DNA of 64,000 nucleotides from Nitrosopumilus sp. (GTDB lineage: Archaea > Thermoproteota > Nitrososphaeria > Nitrososphaerales > Nitrosopumilaceae). The position numbers and the translations under genes were made by a program. Location: assembly GCA_965238275.1 (NCBI GenBank), contig OZ250186.1:224001-288000 (forward strand), given 5' to 3'. Positions within the stretch are counted from its first letter, which is position 1; every line of letters begins with the position of its first letter. Shown one piece after another: positions 9,213 through 19,249 of this stretch. The notes under the pieces are model-generated. The model was not told where the DNA came from. It was given only the letters and a program-made list of their open reading frames with translations, and did not search any database.

Positions 9213-10763
9213 CTAGACCCCCAGCACCCCGTTCATGTACGGAATGATTGATTGGTAAAAGATGTCAGGGTAGATCCCCACCACCATTGTAAATCCTGCA
9301 AGCACCATCATGGGCGCAGTCATGTACCAGCTTCCCTCCTTGACGTTCTCAAGGTGCTCGGGAGTCTTTCCAAAGAAGACGCGCTTGAGCATCCACAGCA
9401 TGTACGACATCGTAAGAACCGTGGCCACCAGCCCCAGGCCAAATGTTACTGCCCGTATGGTGGAGCCGTCGTTTATGGCAGTCTCAAGGGCGCCATAAAA
9501 CAGCACCCACTCCCCCATGAAGCCGCTGGTGGGCGGCACGCCCATTATCGTCATTGCCCCGATGACTGCGCAGACTGCAGTGATTGGCATCTTTCCGGCA
9601 AGGCCGCCAAGCTTGGATATGCTGCGGGTTCCGACCCGGACTATTATTATTCCGGCCATCATGAAGAGGATGCCCTTTCCTATTCCGTGGGTGACATACA
9701 TCATCTCGGCGCCTGCAAGCCCGAGGGCAGACAGGGAACCGATTCCAAACAGCAGGTATCCCATCTGGCTGATACTGGAATATGCAAGGAGCCGCTTGAG
9801 GTCGTCTTGCATCAGGGCCATGGCACCGCCGTATATCATGGTGACAAGACCCCATATGTGGAACCATATGGAGAGCTCGGCAAACGTGGCGGGCAGAAAC
9901 TCTACAATAAGCCGAAAGATTCCGTAGGCGCCGATTCCGATCATGGCAGGCGAAAGCAGTGCGCTGATCGGCGTGGGCGCAGAGCCGTGGACGTACGGCA
10001 GCCATATGTGGAACATGAACACGGCAAGCTTGACTCCCAGCCCGATCATTATCGCCACGGCAGATATCAGAACAATGTCTGGCGGGATCTCCGACTCCTG
10101 GATGTCTGCAAAGTCAAAGCTGCCGATTGTAAGGCCGATCATCAGAAAGCCCAAAAGCAGCACGACGGCGCCTGCATGCGTCCAGAACAGGAACATGAGG
10201 CCGATCTTCCGCCTCGGGCCGTCACCCCACAGCGCCACCAGGAAGAAACCCGGAATCAGCATCACCTCAAAGAAGATGTAAAACTCGATGAGGTTTGTAG
10301 AAAGGACCGTCCCGAGCATCCCCATGGCAAACACCAGATACAGGGCAAAGTAGAGCCCGGACTTGGCGTTGACGTATTCTGAGAGGGAGGGGGAGTCCAC
10401 AAGGGCGGTCTGCGTTCCACCCGATACGCTGATCTGCTCCTCCTCGTACTGCGCGTGGAACTTGTGAATCATGTAGGGCTTGGAGTACAGCACCAGTATC
10501 GTGGAGAGCACGTATATGATTATTGCAAAGGGCGATGCCAGGCCGTCAAGCAGGAATCCAAACTCGCCAAACTGTCCGGTCCACGGATAGTGCTCCTCGA
10601 CTGTTCCTGAGAGGGCGGCATTAACCACGAGGATCGTGGCGTACAGCAGGATTGCAAAGGTGAACCACATGGCAGGGGACGGGCCCGCCTTTTTTCCTAT
10701 GACGTATGCCACCGGGGATAGCAGTAGCGGCAGGAAGACTGCCTGTAGTAATGCATACTCCAT
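9213..10763 (-). CDS. nuoM: Complex I subunit M
   Basis: FYIFFEVMLIP, FHIWLPYVHGSAP, DLKRLLAYSSISQMG. Confidence 0.95.
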   Translation of the reverse strand: MEYALLQAVFLPLLLSPVAYVIGKKAGPSPAMWFTFAILLYATILVVNAALSGTVEEHYPWTGQFGEFGFLLDGLASPFAIIIYVLSTILVLYSKPYMIHKFHAQYEEEQISVSGGTQTALVDSPSLSEYVNAKSGLYFALYLVFAMGMLGTVLSTNLIEFYIFFEVMLIPGFFLVALWGDGPRRKIGLMFLFWTHAGAVVLLLGFLMIGLTIGSFDFADIQESEIPPDIVLISAVAIMIGLGVKLAVFMFHIWLPYVHGSAPTPISALLSPAMIGIGAYGIFRLIVEFLPATFAELSIWFHIWGLVTMIYGGAMALMQDDLKRLLAYSSISQMGYLLFGIGSLSALGLAGAEMMYVTHGIGKGILFMMAGIIIVRVGTRSISKLGGLAGKMPITAVCAVIGAMTIMGVPPTSGFMGEWVLFYGALETAINDGSTIRAVTFGLGLVATVLTMSYMLWMLKRVFFGKTPEHLENVKEGSWYMTAPMMVLAGFTMVVGIYPDIFYQSIIPYMNGVLGV

Positions 10764-11068
10764 TATCCCTTTAGGCTCCTAAAGTCTGCAATGTCTATGT
10801 TGTGGTACATGCGGTACGCCACAATTATCAGCGAGAGGCCCACTGCAACCTCTGCGGCTGCAATGGCAATAGAGAACAGCGCCAGCGTCTGTCCGCCGCT
10901 GTCAGGGATGAACCTTGCAAAGGCCACAAGATTGAGGTTGGCAGAATTGATGATGATCTCGATTGCAAAGAGCATCCTGATGAAGTTGCGCTTTACGGCA
11001 AGGCCGTATATCCCGATGCCCAGGAGGGCCACAGATACCAGCGTAAAGTCAACTAGCTCGCTGGCCAT
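10763..11068 (-). CDS. nuoK: Complex I subunit K
   Basis: IEIIINSANLN, IAAAEVAVGL. Confidence 0.95.
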   Translation of the reverse strand: MASELVDFTLVSVALLGIGIYGLAVKRNFIRMLFAIEIIINSANLNLVAFARFIPDSGGQTLALFSIAIAAAEVAVGLSLIIVAYRMYHNIDIADFRSLKG

Positions 11069-11561
11069 TCTCCACATCCTCCCGCTTGGCAAGAACCAGT
11101 GCACCCGTGACAGATCCTGTCAGAATCAGGGCCATCACTATCAGGGCAGGCCAGTAGTAGGTTACAAAGTCAGCGCCGATGTCCCTAAAGTCCACCGGAT
11201 CCTCATCGGTGGTTATTGACTTGATTCCGGAATCCAGAAATACTGCGCCCAGTGCCACCATCACCACCAGCATCAGAGCGATTCCGGCAAACTTTCTCCG
11301 GCTGTCCTCTATCTTTTTGAATATGAGCTCCCTCTTGACGAGCATGACGGTAAAGAGGATCAGCACTGCGATGGATCCCACGTATACGGCAATCTGGAAC
11401 AGGGCCACAAACGGCGAGTCCAGAAGGAGGAAGAACCCGGCTATGCCGCCAAGCGTGCCCATCAGGGCAATGGAGCCGTATATCAGGGATCGCAGTTCAA
11501 GGGCGGCAATTGCGGATCCTATCGTGATTACGGCCAGGGCCAGAAATACGGCATCAGCCAT
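11049..11561 (-). CDS. nuoJ: Complex I subunit J
   Basis: QIAVYVGSIAVLILFTVML; operon position. Confidence 0.93.
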   Translation of the reverse strand: MADAVFLALAVITIGSAIAALELRSLIYGSIALMGTLGGIAGFFLLLDSPFVALFQIAVYVGSIAVLILFTVMLVKRELIFKKIEDSRRKFAGIALMLVVMVALGAVFLDSGIKSITTDEDPVDFRDIGADFVTYYWPALIVMALILTGSVTGALVLAKREDVENGQRAS

Positions 11562-12051
11562 GCGTGGCGCCCCTGTCGGTAATCTTGATCTCGCTGTCCT
11601 GGGCTACGTACGGTTTTACTGCAAGCTGGGCAGGGGTGTATATCAGGCCCTCCTTTGAGAACGAGGACAGTTCGTAGTCGTTTGTCATGTATAGTGCGTA
11701 AAACGGGCATGCGTCAACACACAGGCCGCAGAAGACGCACTTGCCGTAGTCTATCTGGGGCATGATGGACTTTTTGTTCTGCTTTTGCTCCTCGGGCACC
11801 TTTACCATCGCTATTGCCTCTGCAACCCCCTCGCATGCAATGGAGCACAGCTGGCAGCCGGTGCAGTGGTCGTGAAACAGCATGTGGCGCCCCTTGAGCC
11901 CTGCGATTCCCACGCCGGTGGCCGGATCATACTGGTACCCGTCGCCCACAAACTTTAGCTTCTCCTCCGGGTATCTGAGCGTGAACCGCTTTACTGCAAG
12001 ATGCTTGATTCCAGAGTTGAGCGCTTTGATAATTCCTGTTGCAGTGTTCAT
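11554..12051 (-). CDS. nuoI: Complex I subunit I (2x[4Fe-4S])
   Basis: CTGCQLCSIAC and CVFCGLCVDACP. Confidence 0.95.
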   Translation of the reverse strand: MNTATGIIKALNSGIKHLAVKRFTLRYPEEKLKFVGDGYQYDPATGVGIAGLKGRHMLFHDHCTGCQLCSIACEGVAEAIAMVKVPEEQKQNKKSIMPQIDYGKCVFCGLCVDACPFYALYMTNDYELSSFSKEGLIYTPAQLAVKPYVAQDSEIKITDRGATHG

Positions 12052-13346
12052 TGTAACCCTCCCGGTCCTAGGACTCCAGCGTAAAGCAGTCCCAGTGCAA
12101 TAAAGATGTTGACAAACGCAAGGCCGATGAGCTTGGTCCACCCCAGGTTCAGCAGCATGTCTATCCTGATCCTCGGGAACACCCCCCTTGGCAGGAGTAT
12201 GAAGAATATGAGGGCTACGGTCTTGAGGACAAACCAGAATGCCCCGTTAAGCATGTCCTGTGTGAAGAGCGGCAGTCCGGGAATCTGGGCAGATACCGGT
12301 CCGAGTTCTATCCCTTCGGTGATTATCTCTGCGGGGAACGGGGGCACCACCATGGGCCCGTTCCAGCCTCCCAGGAACAGCACCACAAACAGTCCTGCAA
12401 ACGCGTACAGTTTGAGGTACGTTCCAAGCTGCACCAGCCCGTACATCATTCCGGAGAACTCTGTGAGCCACCCGGCTACAATCTCGCTTTCTGCCTCGGG
12501 AAGATCAAAGGGGATCCTCTCCAGCTCTGCAAGCATCGTGATAAAGAACACGATCGCCCCTATCGGCAGGAACACTATCCACGGCACGATTGACTGGCTT
12601 GCCGCAATCTCCGAGAGGTTGAGGGTTCCAGTGATTATCACCACGCCCAAAAGCGAGAGGATCAGCGGAATCTCAAAGGACACCATCTGGAAGAGTGCCC
12701 GTATGCCTCCGATGAACGGGAACTTGCTGTTTGCCGACCAGGCAGACAGGACCGTGATTATGGGGAAGAATCCGATTACCGCAAAGACTGCAATCAGCCC
12801 CAGGTCCACGTCTGCCACCACCCAGCCGGGTGCGACAGGAATCAGTGCGACAAACGCAGCCGCCGTGGCTACGAAGATTACCGGGGCGGCCCAGAATATC
12901 GGCTTGTCGGCCTTGGCAGGTATTATGATCTCCTTGGATATCAGCTTCAGCCCGTCGCCCATCAGCTGCAGTATTCCCTCAAACTTCCCACAGTAAAACG
13001 GCCCCACGCGGAGCTGCATTTTTGCAAGCATCTTGCGTTCGACAAATATGGTTCCTGCGGCAATCAGTGCGGCAAACCCAAACCCCGGAAATGCTATCAC
13101 CCGGAATATGTCAGTGGACATGAATGCGTGTACCAGGGGGAGCGTTCGCGTGGGATCTATTATCCATGTGAATGCAAGGAACGGCGTGAGCAGTTCTCCG
13201 TTGATTACCGGCAGCTCGATGTAGAAGAGCACCATCATTACTGCGGGAACGCCCACCAGCACCATCAGGAAGAGCGTCCAGAACGCGTCGTTGATTATCG
13301 ACTTTATGAACTCGCTGAGTTTGAATTTGGGTGCTATTACTGACAT
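12048..13346 (-). CDS. nuoH: Complex I subunit H
   Basis: ERKMLAKMQLRVGP, RIPFDLPEAESEIVAG. Confidence 0.95.
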   Translation of the reverse strand: MSVIAPKFKLSEFIKSIINDAFWTLFLMVLVGVPAVMMVLFYIELPVINGELLTPFLAFTWIIDPTRTLPLVHAFMSTDIFRVIAFPGFGFAALIAAGTIFVERKMLAKMQLRVGPFYCGKFEGILQLMGDGLKLISKEIIIPAKADKPIFWAAPVIFVATAAAFVALIPVAPGWVVADVDLGLIAVFAVIGFFPIITVLSAWSANSKFPFIGGIRALFQMVSFEIPLILSLLGVVIITGTLNLSEIAASQSIVPWIVFLPIGAIVFFITMLAELERIPFDLPEAESEIVAGWLTEFSGMMYGLVQLGTYLKLYAFAGLFVVLFLGGWNGPMVVPPFPAEIITEGIELGPVSAQIPGLPLFTQDMLNGAFWFVLKTVALIFFILLPRGVFPRIRIDMLLNLGWTKLIGLAFVNIFIALGLLYAGVLGPGGLQ

Positions 13347-14479
13347 TATCGATCCGCCTCCACGGGCCAGTAGTTGAGACTCCAGTAGACAGCAGGCATG
13401 TTGCCAAGCTTTTCCCCCTTGAGAAGGTACGGCAGCGCTATAAGGTTCCTAAACGAGCCGACGCTCATCTTGACCCGGTACGGCTCTGGCTTTCCGTCAG
13501 AGACTATGTAGCATCCCAGGGAGCCCCTGCCTGACTCCACGCGCTTGTACACAGAGCCTATCACGCCCTTGGGGTTTGGCTTGAGCTTGACGCGGACGGA
13601 GCCTGACTTGGGTATCTTTTGCAGCGCCTGACGGATTATCTGGCAGCTCTCCAGCATGTCAAGCCACGGAACCTTGGAACGGGCATACGAGTCGCCCTCC
13701 TTCATCACGTTGGTCTGAAAGTCCAGCTCGTCATAAACGTCATACGGCTCCTTCTTTCTCAGGTCGTAGTCGACGCCGCTGGCACGGAGCACGGAGCCCG
13801 TGGTTCCAAGCCGGATTGCATCCTGCCGCGACAGCACGCCGGTATCCCTGGTTCTAGATATCAGGATCGGGTTGTCATAGAATATTGCAGAGTACTCCCG
13901 GATGCGTTTTTCAAAGTAGTTGACCTGACGCAGGCAGACATCCTCAAAGTTTGGGGGCAGGTCGTTTCGCACGCCTCCGGGAACAAAGTGTGCGTGGGTT
14001 ACCCTTGCACCTGTCATCTTCTCCATGAGATCTATCAGGAATTCGCGATCCCCGGCAGGCCACATGAACATGGTGGAGTGCCCAAGGAAGATTCCGTATA
14101 TTGCAAGCCAGTACATGGTGTAGATGCACCTGTTCAGTTCGGACGATATCACCCGGACGTATTTTGCGCGCTCCGGAACCTCGATTCCCAAAAGCTCCTC
14201 TGCACCCAGAACATATGGGTACAGGACGTTGCACGAGTCGTGAATAACGGGCCTCTCCAGATGCGGAATGTTTGTGATGTAGTTGCGGTATTCTGCCATC
14301 TTCTCCTCCCCGCGGTGCACGTAGCCTGGATCAGGGTCGCATGCGACTATGTAGTCGCCGTCTATCTGCACCACTAGCCTCATGTGGCCCGAGCCCGGGT
14401 GCTGAGGCCCGACGTTGAGGGTCATTATCCTCTCGTCGACTTTTTGGAGTGCTAGCCCAGGTGGAAGTTCTACGCTCAT
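13346..14479 (-). CDS. nuoD: Complex I subunit D
   Basis: NVGPQHP, GYVHRGEEK. Confidence 0.95.
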   Translation of the reverse strand: MSVELPPGLALQKVDERIMTLNVGPQHPGSGHMRLVVQIDGDYIVACDPDPGYVHRGEEKMAEYRNYITNIPHLERPVIHDSCNVLYPYVLGAEELLGIEVPERAKYVRVISSELNRCIYTMYWLAIYGIFLGHSTMFMWPAGDREFLIDLMEKMTGARVTHAHFVPGGVRNDLPPNFEDVCLRQVNYFEKRIREYSAIFYDNPILISRTRDTGVLSRQDAIRLGTTGSVLRASGVDYDLRKKEPYDVYDELDFQTNVMKEGDSYARSKVPWLDMLESCQIIRQALQKIPKSGSVRVKLKPNPKGVIGSVYKRVESGRGSLGCYIVSDGKPEPYRVKMSVGSFRNLIALPYLLKGEKLGNMPAVYWSLNYWPVEADR

Positions 14480-14483
14480 ACCA

Positions 14484-15482
14484 CTATCTCCCCTTTATTG
14501 CAAAGTCCTTTCGGAGCGGAGGCAGGTCCGCCCAGTCCTCAGGCAGCAGCAATCTTCTGTTATCAGGATGACCCTCAAAATAGACGCCAAACATCTCAAA
14601 TACCTCCCTTTCATGAAACTCTACGCTGTAAAATACATCCCTGAGGCTTGGAAGCCTCGTGGCATCATTGCCAGGTATGGGATCCTCCTCCCTCTGCGCC
14701 CTGGTGGACAGCACAAGAATCTGCCTTTCCAGTTCGGGGTCAGTGTAAGATCCTATATGATAAACAACCTCAATCTCTTTGTCCTGGGGATAGTCCACTC
14801 CCGAGACTGACTCGACATGATCGTAGTTTAGTTCGTCACGAATATACTCGGCAACCTGATGAACGTCGTCCCTGCCGGCACGTATTCCGACCCGATCCTT
14901 GCTTACAAATGTGACACTGACCTTCTCCCCGAACTTTTCTACCAGTTTGGCAGATATGCCGGTTTCAAATACCGGAGGCGGGGCAGCCTTGGGTGCGGGT
15001 TTTCTTGCCATGGGTCTTCTTGCCATGGGTTTTCTTGCCACGGGTCTGGCAGGCGGTGTGGGTCTGGCTGCAGCGGGTCTGGCAGGCGGTGTGGGTCTGG
15101 CTGCAGCGGGTCTGGCAGGCGGTGTGGGTCTGGCTGCAGCGGGTCTGGCTGCAGCGGGTCTGGCTGCAGCGGGTCTGGCTGCAGCGGGTCTGGCTGCAGC
15201 GGGTCTGGCAGGCGGTGTGGGTCTGGCTGCAGCGGGTCTGGGTGCGGGCTTTGCAGTACCTGCTTTTGGAGCGGGTTTGGTTGGTGCGGGTTCTGGTTTA
15301 GTTTCTGTCTTTTCAGCGCCGGCTTTTGGAGCGGGTTTAGGTTTGGTTGGTGCGGGTTCTGGTTTAGTTTCTGTCTTTTCAGCGCCGGCTTTTGGAGCGG
15401 GCTTGGGTGCGGGTTTGGTTGGTGCATCCATGAGAGCATCTTCAGTCTTTGTCTCTACGGATCGTTCAAAATCAGAACCCAT
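14484..15482 (-). CDS. nuoC: Complex I subunit C with a long Pro/Ala/Arg/Lys repeat N-terminus
   Basis: C-terminal FHEREVFEMFGVYFEGHPDNRRLLLPEDW..PPLRKDF; ~150-aa low-complexity N-terminus. Confidence 0.93.
   Translation of the reverse strand: MGSDFERSVETKTEDALMDAPTKPAPKPAPKAGAEKTETKPEPAPTKPKPAPKAGAEKTETKPEPAPTKPAPKAGTAKPAPRPAAARPTPPARPAAARPAAARPAAARPAAARPAAARPTPPARPAAARPTPPARPAAARPTPPARPVARKPMARRPMARKPAPKAAPPPVFETGISAKLVEKFGEKVSVTFVSKDRVGIRAGRDDVHQVAEYIRDELNYDHVESVSGVDYPQDKEIEVVYHIGSYTDPELERQILVLSTRAQREEDPIPGNDATRLPSLRDVFYSVEFHEREVFEMFGVYFEGHPDNRRLLLPEDWADLPPLRKDFAIKGR
14985..15425. repeat. In-frame mixed tandem repeats in nuoC: 15-bp (RPAAA) and 18-bp (RPTPPA) units plus a ~66-bp duplication
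   Basis: GGGTCTGGCTGCAGC and GGGTCTGGCAGGCGGTGT units; PAPKAGAEKTETKPEPAPTKP occurs twice. Confidence 0.9.
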
Positions 15483-15697
15483 TACACAAATCTCCTAGCC
15501 TCCATACATTTTAGCCTTTATCTTGGATGTTGTTATATGGATGCAGATTATGTTACACAGGACAGAAAGTATCCATCGTGGGATGCCAGGCAAATTCTGA
15601 ATCCATGATTTGTCTCAATCCGACTGGAACACGGAAGGTACCGGCAGACTTGCATGATGCCCGAATATGTTATGGGGTGAAGCAGACGGTCTGAAAA

Positions 15698-16222
15698 TTA
15701 TACAATCTTTCTGGCCTTCATCCTCTTGATCTTCTCCTGCAACAGGATGCATCCCTGTATGAGGGTCTCGGGTCTTGGAGGACAACCAGGAACATAGACG
15801 TCTACTGGAATCACGCCGTCGATTCCCGGCAGGACGTTATACGAGTCAAAGTACAGTCCGCCAGTAATTGCGCAGGCCCCCATGGCAATGACATATTTTG
15901 GCTCAGGCATCTGGTCATATACCAGTCTCAGACGGGGTGCCATCTTTCTTGTGATGGTTCCCTGTACTACTACCAGATCGCACTGTCTGAGTGAGCCAAA
16001 CGCTTCAATGATTCCAAACCGCTCCACATCATACCTTGGACTTGATGCTGCGCCAAACTCCACGCTGCAACAGGCAGTCTCGATGTGTACTGGCCAGAGT
16101 GACCAGATACGGCCCCAGTTGATGGCATAGCCCAATGGCTTGTCTATGGCCTTTTCCAGAATGTCTCCCAGCTTGCCAAGAAAGACGTTTGCGTTCTCCG
16201 GGGTTATTAGATCCTTGAGCAA
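15698..16222 (-). CDS. nuoB: Complex I subunit B
   Basis: TACCSVE, MGACA, DVYVPGCPPRPE. Confidence 0.95.
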   Translation of the reverse strand: MLKDLITPENANVFLGKLGDILEKAIDKPLGYAINWGRIWSLWPVHIETACCSVEFGAASSPRYDVERFGIIEAFGSLRQCDLVVVQGTITRKMAPRLRLVYDQMPEPKYVIAMGACAITGGLYFDSYNVLPGIDGVIPVDVYVPGCPPRPETLIQGCILLQEKIKRMKARKIV

Positions 16223-16262
16223 TCTTACCTCACAGTCCCATAGCCGTGTTCAATATAAAAAA

Positions 16263-16637
16263 CTACCATATCCTTCTCCTTCCGGACTGGTACAGGGCAA
16301 AGGCCATGGCTCCAAACATTATTCCAAGGAAACCGATCATCGGCAGGGTTGCGCTCTTTGGGAGTTCCAAGAGTGCACTGCCCCACGCATACAGGAATAT
16401 TGCCATGACATCAAAGACTACAAACATGAGGATGTAGGGATAATACTGCATCATAAAATGGGTTCGTCCTGCACCGGACGGGACCTGGCCGCACTCCATG
16501 GGCAGAAACTTTACAGGGTTGCTGCGTTTTCTGGGGGAGAGCATCCTGGACACTAGCAGTGCAGGTGCCATTGCCACTACGGCAAATCCAAACATCAATA
16601 CCACCGTACTGTAGTTTTCGGCCAGTTCTCCAACCAA
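16263..16637 (-). CDS. nuoA: Complex I subunit A
   Basis: PMECG, FVVFDV, three TM helices. Confidence 0.93.
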   Translation of the reverse strand: MVGELAENYSTVVLMFGFAVVAMAPALLVSRMLSPRKRSNPVKFLPMECGQVPSGAGRTHFMMQYYPYILMFVVFDVMAIFLYAWGSALLELPKSATLPMIGFLGIMFGAMAFALYQSGRRRIW

Positions 16638-16920
16638 TTTAGCTTCTGACCCTGATTTTTGTATAAAAAGGTATGGTACAGATTTGCGTATGCCAGATAC
16701 TCAGATCCGCCGCCGCCGCCGCCCCAGAGCGGTGGGATGCATGCAGTTCCGCGGATGCAAGCCGATTTTGGAGTTGTGCCAGATGTCAGGGTCACGGCGT
16801 GTCACTCAGGGGCATGCCGCAAGATGTCATCAATTGCTATATAATTACAGGCCATATCCACGATGATGGCATTAAAAACGCCAACCTGGCCTTTCATTTG
16901 ATTCTCAAATCCGGCCGCAC

Positions 16921-17067
16921 ATGAAAATATGCGCCTGCTGCAAAGGAGAACACCAGAACGACATTCTGAGGATATGTGATGACTGCCGCAAAGCCAAGTG
17001 GTGCGCAGATTGCGGCCAGAACAAGGCCGATCCGATGGGCATTTTTTGTACTACATGCGTGCCGTAG
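16921..17067 (+). CDS. 48-aa double zinc-finger microprotein (four CxxC motifs)
   Basis: Manual translation MKICACCKGEHQNDILRICDDCRKAKWCADCGQNKADPMGIFCTTCVP; below the ORF-track length cut-off. Confidence 0.6.
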   Translation: MKICACCKGEHQNDILRICDDCRKAKWCADCGQNKADPMGIFCTTCVP

Positions 17068-17289
17068 CTATTTGGTTTCGGTTCGATGCCATCCAGACAC
17101 TTCTTGATCCATGGCATGAGTCAATGCCGAAACAGGTACACACGCCGTGCGTCATGACATGGGCCCTGAGAAGAAAAACAAGTGATGCTGACCCTGAACA
17201 TGCCTGAAAATTCATCTGTTCTGGACCTGGCTGTTGATTGTGAATCAGGAACGCCATCTCCCGGAGTACGCAGAGATCGGAATCAGGAC

Positions 17290-17357
17290 TACATATGTAA
17301 TGAAATTTTACCATATGGAAACTATTAATACCATATGGAAACAATATTAACCATACT
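17290..17357 (+). promoter_or_regulatory. Candidate operator array upstream of the HTH-MNT gene
   Basis: CATATG-centred palindromes at 17291, 17311 and 17331 (ACATATGT, CCATATGG, CCATATGG) plus degenerate CCATAC at 17351; exact 20-bp period. Confidence 0.6.
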
Positions 17358-17963
17358 ATGAAACAGCATGACTACACAGAGCAGTTATTTGGCAACAAGG
17401 CATCAATCAGAATTCTTCGTGCCATGATACGGCACAAAGGCAAGATCTTTACCGTTAGGGGACTGGCCCGGGATGCCGGCATCTCGCATCCCACGGCGTC
17501 ACAGACAGCTGCCAGCCTAGAAAAATTTGGTGTTGTGCACATTCAACCGGTGGGGCGGTCACACCAAATAGTGCTAAACGAAAAGAGCTATGTCCTAAAA
17601 AAAATCATAGAACCGATGTTCATGAATGAGGCTAAGACATTTGAACAGGTAGTTTCAGATCTCAAAGAACACCTCAGTACAAAAAAAATTATCTCGGCGG
17701 TAGTTTTTGGAAGTGCATCGAGAGGACAGGAAAAGGAAGGCAGTGATATTGATGTTTTTATCGTATCAAACGACTTTGATGATGCGATCGCGAGCGTATC
17801 AAACGCAAGCCAAGAGATATTTGTAAAATTTCACAGCAAGGTTTCGCCATTGATATTCTCGGAGGCCAAGCTTAAGTCAAAAAGAAAAAGCGAGCTCGTG
17901 CATTCAATTTTAGACAGCCACACAGCAATATGCGGAAAGAGTTTGGAGTCTATTTTAAAATGA
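17358..17963 (+). CDS. HTH-fused minimal nucleotidyltransferase (MNT antitoxin)
   Basis: N-terminal winged HTH (TVRGLARDAGISHPTAS), FGSASRG...SDIDVF motif. Confidence 0.85.
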   Translation: MKQHDYTEQLFGNKASIRILRAMIRHKGKIFTVRGLARDAGISHPTASQTAASLEKFGVVHIQPVGRSHQIVLNEKSYVLKKIIEPMFMNEAKTFEQVVSDLKEHLSTKKIISAVVFGSASRGQEKEGSDIDVFIVSNDFDDAIASVSNASQEIFVKFHSKVSPLIFSEAKLKSKRKSELVHSILDSHTAICGKSLESILK

Positions 17964-18349
17964 CAAGAAATGTGGATCCCAAAAAAGCGTCCAGATACAT
18001 CATAAAATCTGAGGAGTTTTTGGGAACGCCCAATATTGCGTTGCAGAGCGCCAAGTATAACAGTGCAGTAACAAACGCCATACACAGCGCAATTAGTGCA
18101 CTAGATGCATTAACAACAGCATACAAAGGAAAACGCGCATCCGATGATCATGCGGAGGTGTTATCACTTGTTCAAGGAATATTTACCCCGCAAGAATATC
18201 AGGAGATAAAAAAACAGTTCACCTCATTAATAGCCAAAAAGAATGCATCTGAATATCAGCCAGACCTGATGGATTCCAAAGATGCACATGACTCTGTAAA
18301 GTGGGCAGAAAGAATATTCAGCAGGATCAAAACAAGATTGAAAGGTTAG
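17960..18349 (+). CDS. HEPN-domain protein (partner of the MNT)
   Basis: ATGA overlap with the MNT stop; ~129-aa helical protein with SDDHAE and KKNASEY motifs. Confidence 0.75.
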   Translation: MTRNVDPKKASRYIIKSEEFLGTPNIALQSAKYNSAVTNAIHSAISALDALTTAYKGKRASDDHAEVLSLVQGIFTPQEYQEIKKQFTSLIAKKNASEYQPDLMDSKDAHDSVKWAERIFSRIKTRLKG

Positions 18350-18685
18350 GGCATACTGTATGCCATGACGCGGACGGATTTGATTGCAATATTCGGCATG
18401 ACGCAGGATGGATTGGACATACTGGGATGGTCTCCAGAATGGCACTGTCATGCTGTCTGCAATCATGCCGGTTCAGGGAATAAAAGAGCCGCAGATGTGG
18501 CCATCCCACACGCCAGCCCAATGCCATGACATCCGAGGAATGAATCCGTGCCCGGCACAGCAGTCCGGCCTGGAAGGAGCACCCGCACCTGCCGGCGGCG
18601 GCGGCAGCAGCAGCACCAGCACCAGACAGCACGGCAAGCCCGGCTTTTCTAAACTGCTTTATATCCCATTCATAATGGAGTGATC

Positions 18686-19150
18686 ATGCCAGATATAGGA
18701 GATACGGCCCCGGACTTTGAGATTCCAGACACCGAATTGAAGATGCGGACACTAGGCGAATTCAAGGGAAAGAAGACGGTCCTGTCATTTATTGTGGCGG
18801 CAAGCTCCCCGGTATGCCAGGCTGAGCTCTGTACTTTCAGGGACTCTTGGCAGGAGATTGCCGACCTTGGTGCGCAGGTGGTCGCAATCAGCAACGACGG
18901 CCCGTTTGCAAACAAGGCGTTTGCAGAAAAGAACGGCTTCAACTTTCCGCTGCTAGGCGACTACACCAGCAAGACAATCAAAGAGTATGGCATCCTGATG
19001 AAGGACCTGCTCCACATCAAGGACTACAACGCTGCAAAGCGCTCCGTGTTTATCGTCATGGAGGACGGGAAGATAGGGTACAAGTGGGTCTCAGAGAACC
19101 CCCTGAAGGAGCCCGACTACGGGGAGATCAAGGACTTTCTAAGAAAGTAA
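18686..19150 (+). CDS. Peroxiredoxin (AhpC/TSA/BCP family)
   Basis: GDTAPDF, SPVCQAELC, FPLLGD, KRSVF. Confidence 0.9.
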   Translation: MPDIGDTAPDFEIPDTELKMRTLGEFKGKKTVLSFIVAASSPVCQAELCTFRDSWQEIADLGAQVVAISNDGPFANKAFAEKNGFNFPLLGDYTSKTIKEYGILMKDLLHIKDYNAAKRSVFIVMEDGKIGYKWVSENPLKEPDYGEIKDFLRK

Positions 19151-19249
19151 CCCCTGCTCCAACACATGTTTTCATTTCAAATACATGCCGGATCAGGCGC
19201 GGCCTGGCATAGCCGCATGTGTCATAATTTGGCCTGAACCGTGCAGGAA

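Noticed and set aside
7552-14377. Many long antisense ORFs over the nuo genes
   Set aside because: Expected shadows of GC-rich codon usage opposite well-supported genes
14859-15608. Cys/Gly/Ser-rich and other repetitive ORFs overlapping nuoC
   Set aside because: Alternative-frame and antisense shadows of the nuoC repeat tract
5631-16637. Missing nuoEFG and nuoM-before-nuoL order as a novelty
   Set aside because: This is the usual 11-subunit complex I arrangement in ammonia-oxidising archaea
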